DNA from: Methanotrichaceae archaeon
GTDB lineage: Archaea > Halobacteriota > Methanosarcinia > Methanotrichales > Methanotrichaceae
Length of the DNA stretch: 64,000 nucleotides
Assembly (NCBI GenBank): GCA_963803145.1
Contig: CAWDLW010000015.1
Coordinates: 1 to 64,000, forward strand
Reading direction: 5' to 3'
Position 1 is the stretch's first letter. Every line of letters starts with the position of its first letter. The translations under genes and the position numbers were made by a program. Positions 19,179 to 29,274 of the stretch are shown one piece after another. The notes beneath the pieces were generated by a model. It was not told the DNA's origin, did not search any database, and saw only the letters and a program-made list of their open reading frames with translations.

Positions 19179-19686
19179 AGCCGTTCTGGATGCAGGGCCT
19201 CTTATCCATCTCTCAGAGCTGGAAGCGCTGGACACTCTTATGGATTTCTCGGCGCTATTTGTCCCTATGGCAGTCCAGGAAGAGGTGAAATGCCATCAGC
19301 CCAATGCATTGAAGCATCCAGGTCTTTCGCTTCAGCACGTCTTTGCGCCACTTCCATCGCCATCCCTCCTGACAATGGGTCGCGCTCTGGCTTTGGATAA
19401 AGGTGAGATGGAGGCTTTGAGCCTAATGGACCTTCATCCCAAGGCGATTTTCCTGACCGATGATTCTGCTGCCAGACTTGCTGCAGAGCATCGAGGGATC
19501 AAGGCTCACGGCACGATCGGCATATTGATCCGCAGCGTTCGTAAAGGCCATACGACAGAACGAGAGGCTATCGACCTTTTGAGAGATCTGCGCAGCAGAT
19601 CAACCTTGTACATCCGGCCAGCTCTTCTTGAAGAAATTATCCAGACCCTCGAAAAAGAATGGAAGCTTGTCCTTGAGAAACAGTAG
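19171..19686 (+). CDS. PIN-domain toxin (DUF3368-like)
   Basis: AVLDAGPLIHL, LDKGEMEAL, FLTDD.AAR and HGTIGIL motifs. Confidence 0.85.
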   Translation: MSEAVLDAGPLIHLSELEALDTLMDFSALFVPMAVQEEVKCHQPNALKHPGLSLQHVFAPLPSPSLLTMGRALALDKGEMEALSLMDLHPKAIFLTDDSAARLAAEHRGIKAHGTIGILIRSVRKGHTTEREAIDLLRDLRSRSTLYIRPALLEEIIQTLEKEWKLVLEKQ

Positions 19687-19765
19687 AACTGCCGTTTGCA
19701 TCAATCACTCTTCATGCAAGTGATCAGGTCGGCACTTATACGAGGTAATTGGCTTCGCACAGATG

Positions 19766-19950
19766 ATATAATTCAGAGCCTATACATTCTTCTGGGGCTA
19801 AGACTAGCGGTTTCCTGGCGCCCTCAATCGCCGGGCAGGCTGCCCCTAGCCCCTCGCTGGGGGAAGGCTTTGGAAAAGATAGGCCATAAGGTTGATTGGA
19901 CAGATACGAACGATCTCGCCTAACGTTAAGAGGCACTTTACCGCCCATTT
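19766..19950 (+). repeat. repeat R10 (core + A arm + tail)
   Basis: Same motifs as R3; directly downstream of ORF193 copy 3. Confidence 0.9.
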
Positions 19951-19951
19951 A

Positions 19952-20530
19952 TTAGTTGGCACTCGCCGTTGTCTCACAGTATTCCAGGGCCTTGGTCAAC
20001 GCTAAGATCCTGCCTTCAAGCTTCTCTTTGAGGATAGCTATTGATGAGGCGTCGCCAAGAACCTTTATCAAGCCCTCTGAAATGGCTGTGAGCCCGAATG
20101 CGAGTATAGCTGCCTCGGGTGTAAGCTCATCCTCATCGGTATTCTCCCATCCCGGGCGCAGACCTTCCGACCATTCGCCGTAGCGGTGCGTTCTAACTAA
20201 GAGGCCGTTCTCATAGAGGATCAGCCTGTACTCGCTGAAAAAGCCAAAACCCTCAAGCTGTATCCTTTCTTCTCTGGTCAGAATGACAATCTCACGGCGG
20301 TAGCATTGCTCATAGTCCTCGCTCAGCAGGGGCACAAGTGGCGTGACCTTCTCCAGGATCGCTTTTAGGATAGAGGCTTCTTTTTCCAGAGTTTCCTTTT
20401 TCAGATCGGCAATCCTGGAAGCGTTGGGATGAAGTTCATCCAGCGCCGTGCTCAGCCCTGATAACATGCCTGCGGTTACTGGATCGGTGGCTATCAGAAT
20501 GGCGTTTTCAGAGAGGTTGGGGGTGGGCAC
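19952..20530 (-). CDS. ORF193-family hypothetical protein, copy 3 (intact)
   Basis: 192 aa, closely similar to 14563-15144. Confidence 0.85.
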   Translation of the reverse strand: MPTPNLSENAILIATDPVTAGMLSGLSTALDELHPNASRIADLKKETLEKEASILKAILEKVTPLVPLLSEDYEQCYRREIVILTREERIQLEGFGFFSEYRLILYENGLLVRTHRYGEWSEGLRPGWENTDEDELTPEAAILAFGLTAISEGLIKVLGDASSIAILKEKLEGRILALTKALEYCETTASAN

Positions 20531-20712
20531 TTAGATCGCCTCCGATGCTTTGGCTGGAGCGCTTACAGTAGTCTTAAAGATAGTTCTTCCAAACATTGTA
20601 TTTCACCGATTACTAACTTAGCTGCTATGTATATAATCTTAATGGCACTCAATGCCATTTAATGCCATTGGAGAGGGAAGTTATTTAAATAACGTTTGAA
20701 AAATGGTATTTT

Positions 20713-20850
20713 ATGCGCGAAATAACCACTGAGTTGAAGATAGACAAACAAGGTCGCATTGTTATCCCTGAGATTTACAGGCAGGAGTTAGGGATAGAGC
20801 CCGGCCAACTGGTGAAAATAACTATCAGCAATCCTAAGAAGAATGATTAA
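20713..20850 (+). CDS. AbrB/MazE/SpoVT-family DNA-binding protein (45 aa)
   Basis: Manually translated MREITTELKIDKQGRIVIPEIYRQELGIEPGQLVKITIS. Confidence 0.85.
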   Translation: MREITTELKIDKQGRIVIPEIYRQELGIEPGQLVKITISNPKKND

Positions 20851-21019
20851 GGGCGGATTATCCGCCCTGGCGTTGGTTTTGGTGAAACACAATGCCGAAT
20901 AAAGGGCTGTATCGATGGGATATAGAGATTTTCCTATGGTACGTCATAATCTAAACCGATATGCAGTTTGATTTTTTTATAGGAAAATACAATTGATTGA
21001 GCATCAGGACCTCACATAA

Positions 21020-21170
21020 CATTCAAAGACTTTGTACTACTTCTGGGGGCTAACACTAGCGGCCTTCTGGCGCGCTCAGTCGCCGCGCGGGCTACCCCTA
21101 ACCCCTCGTTGGGGGGAAAGCTTTGGAAAACATATGATGAAAAGTTGAAGAGAAAATGATTAACGATTCC
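21020..21170 (+). repeat. repeat R11 (core + A arm + partial tail)
   Basis: CTTCTGGGGGCTAACACTAGCGGCCTTCTGGCGCGCTCAGTCGCCGCGCGGGCTACCCCTAACCCC. Confidence 0.9.
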
Positions 21171-21241
21171 CTTTTGTTGGGACTCGATAATTCTCGCTTC
21201 CCACAGCAATAGCGGGTTATCACTATTACCTTCATTAGAGT

Positions 21242-24200
21242 TTATGCGAGCCTGTTTTCGTCAAGAATACTATTAAGGAATGAACTGATCTCTGGATTAT
21301 CAGCAGATTTAGCAATCCATTGAAGATCGCTTAGTGTGGATAGTGGTAATGTTTCGAGAGAGCCTCTATTTTTGCTCGGCTGATGTAATGAGGAGGTCAA
21401 GAACTTCAAAACCTGTTCGCATGCATATGGCGATTTTGTTATTCTGGCTAATCGTAGCAAGACCGCAAGGGCAGTTGGTTCTTGTTGGAGGATCCGATCG
21501 AATTCTAGCTTTTTAAACCATTTATCTATAGTTTCATCAGGTCTTTTGAAAAAACTTTCGGCCCCTGCCTTATGTATTATTTGCATATAAACAAGCGCAG
21601 CCTTTGGGCTCCGCCTGCACAATAGGAGAATTTCATTTGGATCTAGCATCTGTTCAAAATCTAGGTTCCGTATCAAATTATCATCAACAAACTCACTTGC
21701 CAATTGCACCCAAGTTAACGCCATATTCGGATCGCGATTGCTTATTGCACGCAAGTATCGTATGTCAAGTACATGTTCGAATAACATCTGACCCGAATCC
21801 TGTAACAAATGCTTCATCCCTAATTCCTTTATCAATTGCACCCAAACTAACGCTGTCTTTGGACTCTCATTGCTCATTTCTAGCAGATTATGGAGGTCTA
21901 GCTTCTGTTTAAGAAACTCAGAATCCAATCGCTGGAGCAAGCGCCCTCCTTCAAAGTTCTTTGTTATTTGTACCCAAGTCAACGCCAACTCCGGATTAAG
22001 CTCGATTAGTCTTGCGAGATAATGCGGCTCTATTACATGATCAAAATCGAAGTGGCGCATATAGTGGTAGCCTCCAACGTTCAATAACTCTTGGGTCAAT
22101 GCCAATGCTATCTCTGGATTCAGCATGTTTAATTTTGCCAGATAGCGTAAATCGACAAACATATCAAAGGCTCGGCCAATAAAATATTCGATCCATTCAA
22201 AATCATTAACTTCTTTTGCCATTTTGAAGAACATGAACGCTGCTTCTGGATTTAATCTAAGGGCCTCAACAGCCATTCTTGGATGAATTGCTTTTCTCAG
22301 GAAATCATTCCTGGTTTTTCCCCTCCTCAGTTGTGCCATCATATGATGAAGACTCAATGCTATATATTCTAGGTCTTCCTTTTTATTATACTTAAAAGCC
22401 ATCTCTAGGGCTTGCTCAATTTCTTGCGCAAATTCCGGCGCTTTTTTGGAGGATATTCGAGGCCTATTCTTAAGTCTCTCCATCGCAATATGGAACTTCA
22501 TGTCCAGCCTCTCTGATTCTAGCCGCTTAGCTAGGTCATCGATTGCTAATTGATTATGCTTCGATGGCTCATACAATAGAAGACCAATAAGACCACTTGA
22601 AATGTTATCTCCAAGAGAAATCGCCACTCTAAGGCAGGTTTCCAACCGATTTTGGCTATCAGTTATCTGGAACTTCTCTTTCGCTTGAACTTTAATTTGA
22701 GATTCTAGTCTCTCTGAAAGCATAACCGCTGCTATACCATTCAAATTATCCAATGAGAACCACGATCTCCAAATATGTATCAGCCTGTCCCACGGGCGCG
22801 CACCATCTTCATATATGCCAATCTGGTTCTCATCAAAATAAAATGGCTTATCGGCAACGGCTATTCGCATAAGGATCAGATTAATGCTATAGATAGCGAT
22901 ATGTCCTAAAAGTGGATGACTACTGAAAGGTATCCTATACCCTTCTACTGCAATCTCTCCTCGTATCATAGATGGCATCTCACCTTTGCTGAGAAGCCGC
23001 TTAATTTGATTCAAAAATATTATATCAATGTTAGATAGAAATTCTTGCTTTGGCATTTGTTTACGATTTAGTGCATGATCTATCCACTCACGCATCATTT
23101 CAAGTACAACTGGGCGAGTGAATAGCGGTGTATAAACCAAACTAGCAAACCATAACCTGGATGGACCATCAGCATCGCTAAGTCGCTTCTCAAGGTCTAG
23201 ATGACTATCTTCATCATCCTGCAGCCTTTTCAAGGAAGCAACTTCTGCTATAGCCTGTCGAATGATAAAGTCTGCAGAAAGAAACTCCCCAAAAGTATTA
23301 TGGAGGAATTCGAAAGCAGCCGTCTCCTCATGATACTCAGACGCACCTGCTTTAACTTGTGCCGTTGATTTATGAACAAAAAAGAATCGTCCAAGCAGTA
23401 GCTCAGCCTGTGTCATTAAACGTCCATCACTAGCCAAAACCGGGCGTTCTAGGCCAAAAAACTTGATATCTTCATTTAGTTCTGAAGAAAGTATGTGAAG
23501 CTTCCTGCGGTTGTACATACCCAATGCAGCCACAGCTAGGCGCTGCATCTCCAAATCTAATTCTTTCATCTTTTTAGGTGGCTCAAGACCTTTAAACTCT
23601 TGATCCTTCATTTTTTCTCTTTCTATGAATCGGCGTAGCAAACTATCGTAAAGAATTGTTCGATCAAGCGCTTTGCTTTTCCTGAGTTGGTTGTCTTCCG
23701 AATCATAAAGTGCTAACATTAGCAAAAGGAGTGGCTGCTCTGCCAATGATAGAATCTTAGAGGATTCCTCATCGCTATCTTTAGGTAGGGCGAACTCATC
23801 GATCTCTGCCTCCTTGAAGTAACTCACATTTTCTTGGTTCCAAATTGAAATCCAACGATCGCACTGTTGCCGATTAAACTCAAGGAGACGAATGATTGTC
23901 GCGCCCTGAGGAATATCCGCTTTATCGATCAGTGTGATTCTACTCGTGACTATGGCGCGTAGAGGCCTTCCCTGCACAGTCTCATTATTCTGGAAATCCT
24001 GGACATCCTTCAGATATCCTGAGAACACCTTCCCGCTAGCTTGCAATAATTCATCATAGCCATCAAGTATCACCAGCGGGGGACAATTCTTAAATGAGCT
24101 GCTGAACGTTGCCCAGTTCATATCGTAACCAGTAATCCTATGGATTCGTTCTTCAATTTGTCTCATAATAGAAGCATCAGCATCAACTTCACGCAATGGA

Positions 24201-26521
24201 ATGCGAATTATTGTGTAATGTTCCGACATCAGTTGTGCAGAAAGAACCTTTGTTAACAAGGATTTGCCACTACCTGGATGCCCAAGAATTACCAATGGCC
24301 CATCTGTGCTGTAGGGAGAACTGAGATAACTAAGCAAGAAGGCCCCTAAATCCTCCCGCCTTTCCCAGTCAATCCAGGTCGCCTCGTCTTCTAAGCTCTT
24401 CACTTCGCTTGTCCATTGGAGAACTTTGAACGATTGCGGGATAAAGGCGGCGCCTATTTTAGGAAAGTGAAGACGGGGTCTATCTCCTTGCGATTTCTCT
24501 TCCTCTGCTATCGGCTCATCTATCTTTTTATCGTAATGACGCTTTAAACCATCTGCAATCTCAACGGCTCGACTAATCTTTAGGGTTTCTGGAATACTTA
24601 TAACCGCTTCGTGCATTTTCACGAGGCCAATATCGATTGCAGTCTTGCTATCCTTCGCTAGAGCAGCCTGCTTCTGAACATACTCAGAGAGCGAACCAAT
24701 CAAGGCTTTAGTTTCCTTGAGCTCGTGAAGATACGCCCATACGGCAAAATCCTCATAGCGTCTGGCAAGCTCAAAGTATTGTGCCTCAAAATGTTTGGCT
24801 GCTTCCTGAGGAACCTTTTCTAGCATATTATAGTCCAAAACCAAACATTTATTACCTACATCAACAATAGAACTCTTGTGTCCCATCCAGAACAAATTCA
24901 TATTAAAAAGCATATGATCGTCGAAGAGCTTGATAGAAGGATAAAGACTTTAGAGATTAGTACAAGAGTGCTAAAACGTTTATACTTCATTAAACATAGA
25001 TACAACGGAAAAAGCGTAGAAGAAGCATGCGATTTAGTCGGAGCAAAAAAGCCTGTTGGATATATTTGGCAAGATCGTTGGAATAATGAAGGATATAACG
25101 GACTGATTCCACGATTTGCTGGTGGTAGGCCATCAAAACTCTCAAAAGATCAAAAGGATAGACTACTTGAGCTTCTTGAACAAAAAGACAATTGGGCTTC
25201 TGAAGAGGTTAGAGATCTCATCTATAGAGAGTTTAATGTAGAATATACTTTGAAGCAAATAAGAATTATTTTAAAGAAATATGGAATGAAATGCGCTAAG
25301 CCTTATCCTCATGACTACCGCAGGCCAGAAAATGCAGAAGAAATTTTAAAAAAAGATTACCTGCTATAGAGGAAAATATAATAATTGGTTTCATAGATGA
25401 GGCATCTCCTCAGACGACTTCTAACACGCAAAAGTTATGGTCGTTCTATAAGCCAGAAATAGCTAAAAATACCAGTAAATATAAAGCAAATGCTTTTGGT
25501 TTTTATCCTCTTAATGGATCACCTGTAATAGAATTCAAAGAGGAATCAAAAACTTGGGATTTTTGCGACTTTCTCAGAGATATAAGAATTGCAAACCCTG
25601 AAAAGACAATAATCGGACTTGCTGATAACTCTAGGCCACATAAAACACAAGATACATTAGTGTTCGCTGAAGAATGCGATATCAAATTGGTATTTTTGCC
25701 GCCATATTCTCCTGATTTGAATCCTATTGAGTTTATCTGGAAAAGCATTAAGCGAATTATTTCCCGCAATTTTATCAAAGATGCTAATCATTTGAAGGAG
25801 ATAATAGAAAGTGCTTTCCTTAAATACGCTGCAAAGCTGAGCTTTGCACGAGGATGGATCGAGCGCTTTCTTAGTTCTGAAGATAAGTCTAAAGTGTTTG
25901 GTTCTTAACTATAATGATCTGCTTTTGCTCTTTCTCTTCGGCCTCTTTCCCAATTCCCAAATTCTGTATATAATCACGGAAGCTTTCCGCCATTTGTTCC
26001 CAAAGCTCCGAATTCCGCTTAACTTGTTGAGCCAAAGTTTCTGCAGGATGCGGAAACGACACGGATAGAGCTGTAAGAGAGTTTGCTATAGCAACCTTCA
26101 GATCACTAGAAGGTAATTCCGATTCACAAAGATCTTTACCCTGAGCACTCTTTGCAAGAGAAATCATTTTTTCTTTTCTTAAATTAATTTTTTTTCGAAG
26201 GTTTATTGGGATTTGTTGATCTAAAGCATCGAAGAATGCGGTAAAACATATAAGGCAGTAAGCTATCTCCATACGTTGCTGCTTCATAAGATAATTATCA
26301 TCGGTCTTACTGGCAATCACATCAGATAAGCCATGACCAATCTTCACAATTTCATTTTTCATTGTAATCAATGGCGGAACAGCGACAATAGCTGCAGGAC
26401 CAAGGACTATGGGAGAGCACATTAAGGCAAGACCAAGTAGCTTATCAACAGCATCAATCGATTTGGAATCATCCTTTTTGATGAAATCACATACCTGTTC
26501 AAATGTTAGGTCAAGTGACAT
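21242..26521 (-). pseudogene. large NACHT/STAND NTPase (~1400 aa) interrupted by IS630
   Basis: Walker A GHPGSGKS, Walker B ILDGYDE, VTSR, QPLLL and FEFLHNTFGEF motifs; removing the IS rejoins QKQII-NMLEKVP in frame. Confidence 0.88.
24831..25911 (+). mobile_element. IS630-family insertion sequence
   Basis: Imperfect TIRs TAGTCCAAAACCAAACA / TGTTTGGTTCTTAACTA with TA duplication; HTH ORF plus DDE part (LPPYSPDLNPIE). Confidence 0.9.
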
Positions 26522-26839
26522 TATTCATTCCTACTCATCTATTGGCTGTTAGCGGAATTAATCTCGCTTACAGTAGCGAATATGGCGTACTGGACTGGTC
26601 ACTTTAATCTCCGCTGAATCCCTCGAGCGCCCGAGTTGTTAAGGTTAAACGGTTATAAACTTATTTATTTCTCGCTAATGATTTCTTTTTTGAAAATTAT
26701 AATCTCTTTTGAGGTAATTCTAATTAACAGAGGAAACAAGAAATAGCTAGCAAAAACAATATCCGGATCATTTATCCTTGCCATACCTCCAAGCTAAGCA
26801 TGGCATTTAACCGTCTCATTAATCTACTGGTAAATTAAA

Positions 26840-26938
26840 CGCCGAGGGTGAGATTCGAACTCACGAGACCCTTGCGAGTCACCAGCTATCTAGGAGGGAG
26901 CACTCCAGGCTGGCGCCCTACCGCTAGACGACCTCGGC
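26840..26938 (-). tRNA. tRNA-Ser(GGA) with 15-nt intron at 37/38 (26888-26902)
   Basis: Acceptor stem GCCGAGG/CCTCGGC, TTCGAAT T-loop, long variable arm, anticodon GGA and a bulge-helix-bulge motif. Confidence 0.93.
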
Positions 26939-26959
26939 CCTTTATGATTTTGCTTGATT

Positions 26960-28141
26960 TTACTTCGATTGATTTTGCTTCGCTTCCATCGTGTGACCCT
27001 GGCTCCAATCCCGTCTCTCGGCCAGTTTCCACGCCTTTGGATAGGTGCCCGGCTCCATTATTACCCTTTCGGTCCTGGCCACAATCCCATTCTCCGACCT
27101 GAGCGTCTCCTGGCTCATCATATCAGCCCTGGCAATCGCCACCGCCTCTCCCTTGAGTGTGAACAGGGCAACATCGTCGCCTTTATTTATATCCGTCTCA
27201 AGGCTGAGAAGCCCAGGCGCCGCAAGCGGCGCGCCGTGGCATATCGCATCAACGGCATTATCTGCGATGACAAGCTTGGGAAGGTGCTTGAGCGCCGCCT
27301 CGACCGGCAGAACCACTTGGCGAAGCTGGCTCTCATCTCCAGTCTCCTTCCAGACCTCATAGGCATCCTTGACCTGGTGAAGGGTAACCAGCGTCTGGTC
27401 CTCACGGAAGGGCCCTGCCTTGCTTCTGCGCAGCTCCTCCATATTTGCGCCCGTACCTAAGGCGAGGCCGATATCGTAGCAGAGCTTTCTCATGTACGTC
27501 CCTGCCTCGCAGCCGACACGCATGAGCACGCGCTGCTCCTCGATCTCCAGAACTTCGAGGTAATAGATCTCCCTGGTTCTAAGCTGCTTTACCACCGATG
27601 ATTTAAGGGGCGGCTTCTGAAATATTGGGCCGACGAACTCGCCGCAGACCTCAAGTATGCGCTTCCTCGGCTGAGGCTTATGTATGCGCATGATGCAGAT
27701 GTACTCCTTGCCTGCGAGGAGGAGTGTATCCATCACCCTTGTGGCATCGCCTAAAAGAACGGGTAAAATTCCCGATACTTTAGGGTCCAGTGTTCCGCTG
27801 TGGCCTGCCTTGTCGACGTCCAGAATCCTCTTGACCCAGGACACAACCTCATGGCTAGTCGGACCTGATGGCTTATCCAGGTTTATGGCGCCGAGCTTCA
27901 GGTGTACATCGATGCTTCTTTTCTCCGGGGGCATTCCGAAGGCGGGGTCAGTCTTTGCAGTTCTCTTGACAAGGACCGACCTGACTTTGTCGGAAGGAAG
28001 AGAGTTTTTGCTACTTTTGGTGTCTGTTTTGCAGGCATTAACATCTCTAAAAGTATTGATGTTATCAATATTATTAATATTATCATTGTTATTGCTATTG
28101 CTATTATTAGCGCTCATAATCGTAATCATAATCTCTGGCAC
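26960..28141 (-). CDS. cbf5: H/ACA RNA-guided pseudouridine synthase Cbf5 (TruB family)
   Basis: LDKPSGPTSHEV and GHSGTLDPKV motifs, PUA domain. Confidence 0.95.
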   Translation of the reverse strand: MPEIMITIMSANNSNSNNNDNINNIDNINTFRDVNACKTDTKSSKNSLPSDKVRSVLVKRTAKTDPAFGMPPEKRSIDVHLKLGAINLDKPSGPTSHEVVSWVKRILDVDKAGHSGTLDPKVSGILPVLLGDATRVMDTLLLAGKEYICIMRIHKPQPRKRILEVCGEFVGPIFQKPPLKSSVVKQLRTREIYYLEVLEIEEQRVLMRVGCEAGTYMRKLCYDIGLALGTGANMEELRRSKAGPFREDQTLVTLHQVKDAYEVWKETGDESQLRQVVLPVEAALKHLPKLVIADNAVDAICHGAPLAAPGLLSLETDINKGDDVALFTLKGEAVAIARADMMSQETLRSENGIVARTERVIMEPGTYPKAWKLAERRDWSQGHTMEAKQNQSK

Positions 28142-28650
28142 GCCGATACTGCTGCCATGACTATGCCGAATGTGCCCTGCTCATCGAACTTCGCTGTATC
28201 CACGATAAGATCGTATACGCTTAAATCGTTGATATCGACGTTGTAGTATTTGCGATAACGCCGAGCCTCGCTTTCCTCTCTGATCCTCGTCTCATGAAGC
28301 GCATCTTCGAAGAGCTTCGACTCTCGCTGCGATATGCGCTCAGCCCGGATCTTCTGATCTGTCTTGAGAAGGACCTTCAGATCTGCATTAAGGAGATGTC
28401 CAGACAGCCTCCCCTCAAAGATGCCTGGACCTTCCTTTGCAAGCGCCCTCTGGGCATCATCTATCATATAATCAATCTCGGGCCCTCGTTCTGCGAGCCT
28501 ATTCAGCTCTTTGACAGAGATGGCTCTTTCGCCTGCAACCTTTCTGAACAGCTCGCCTGAGTTTATCCACCTTATTCCGAGTTCAGTTGCTAACTTACGT
28601 GCTAGTGTGGTCGTTCCCGTCCCCGGTGCACCGCTTATGGTTATAATCAT
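28126..28650 (-). CDS. cmk: cytidylate kinase
   Basis: ITISGAPGTGTTT P-loop; conserved operon position. Confidence 0.9.
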   Translation of the reverse strand: MIITISGAPGTGTTTLARKLATELGIRWINSGELFRKVAGERAISVKELNRLAERGPEIDYMIDDAQRALAKEGPGIFEGRLSGHLLNADLKVLLKTDQKIRAERISQRESKLFEDALHETRIREESEARRYRKYYNVDINDLSVYDLIVDTAKFDEQGTFGIVMAAVSACQRL

Positions 28651-28653
28651 GCT

Positions 28654-29274
28654 TCAGCTCATGCTCCCTATATTCAGGGCTTTCCGTACCACCTGCGATA
28701 TGGGTATTGAGCAGACAAAGTACCAGTAATACCAATATGCTATCGGCCCTATAACAGTGTGGGTAACTGCCTGCGGGCCCCAGAATGGAAAGTTCACGAC
28801 AGGTATGGGCAAACCTGAGAGGCTTGGAGTTATGTACCAGTAAGCCCACATAAAGAGCGGTATAGAGACGATACCTATGTAGAGCATAGGACGGAACTGC
28901 ATCTGCATCATCTTGCCCTGCTGTGAGATCATCTTCATCTGCTCCGCTTGGAGCTTCTGCAGCCTTGCCTGATCACCTGACAGCTGAGCCTCCTTCATCT
29001 CGCTCTGCAGCCTTCTCATAGTCTCCTGCTGCTTTTTGAGGAAGTCCCAGTCCATCGTGTACTTCTGAATCAGGCTTGCATAAAGGCCGGTCATGGCTGC
29101 AAGTATGAATAGCACCACATTAAATGGCAGAAATGCAGGCAGCCAACCCAAGATATGGTTCATGGCCACTCCCAGGAGGTGCCTCAAATCCGGGAAGACC
29201 ATTATCCCGAAAAATAAGAAAAAGCCAACTGCCAAGGCTAGAGTATCTAGCGACTTGGACAGTTTCTGGTTCAT
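28654..29274 (-). CDS. DUF106 / EMC3-TMCO1 (Oxa1 superfamily) membrane protein
   Basis: Transmembrane segments, coiled coil, MQFRPM and WYYWYFVCS motifs; follows secY. Confidence 0.85.
   Translation of the reverse strand: MNQKLSKSLDTLALAVGFFLFFGIMVFPDLRHLLGVAMNHILGWLPAFLPFNVVLFILAAMTGLYASLIQKYTMDWDFLKKQQETMRRLQSEMKEAQLSGDQARLQKLQAEQMKMISQQGKMMQMQFRPMLYIGIVSIPLFMWAYWYITPSLSGLPIPVVNFPFWGPQAVTHTVIGPIAYWYYWYFVCSIPISQVVRKALNIGSMS

Noticed and set aside
19843-19930. Canonical integron attC (CCCTAAC-like start and AACGTT near the tail end)
   Set aside because: The left end resembles an R'' box, but L boxes do not pair and GTTRRRY is not conserved across copies; no IntI in the window. Not called, though IntegronFinder should still be run.
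5097-21170. Repeats as a CRISPR array
   Set aside because: Units are over 100 bp, irregularly spaced, separated by whole genes, and no cas genes are present.
26548-26620. Imperfect inverted repeat upstream of the NACHT gene
   Set aside because: Single occurrence with only weak similarity to the hairpin at ~21186-21221; insufficient evidence to call an element.
26700-26938. Accessory region as a tRNA-Ser-integrated island
   Set aside because: No integrase and no duplicated tRNA 3' end found in the window.
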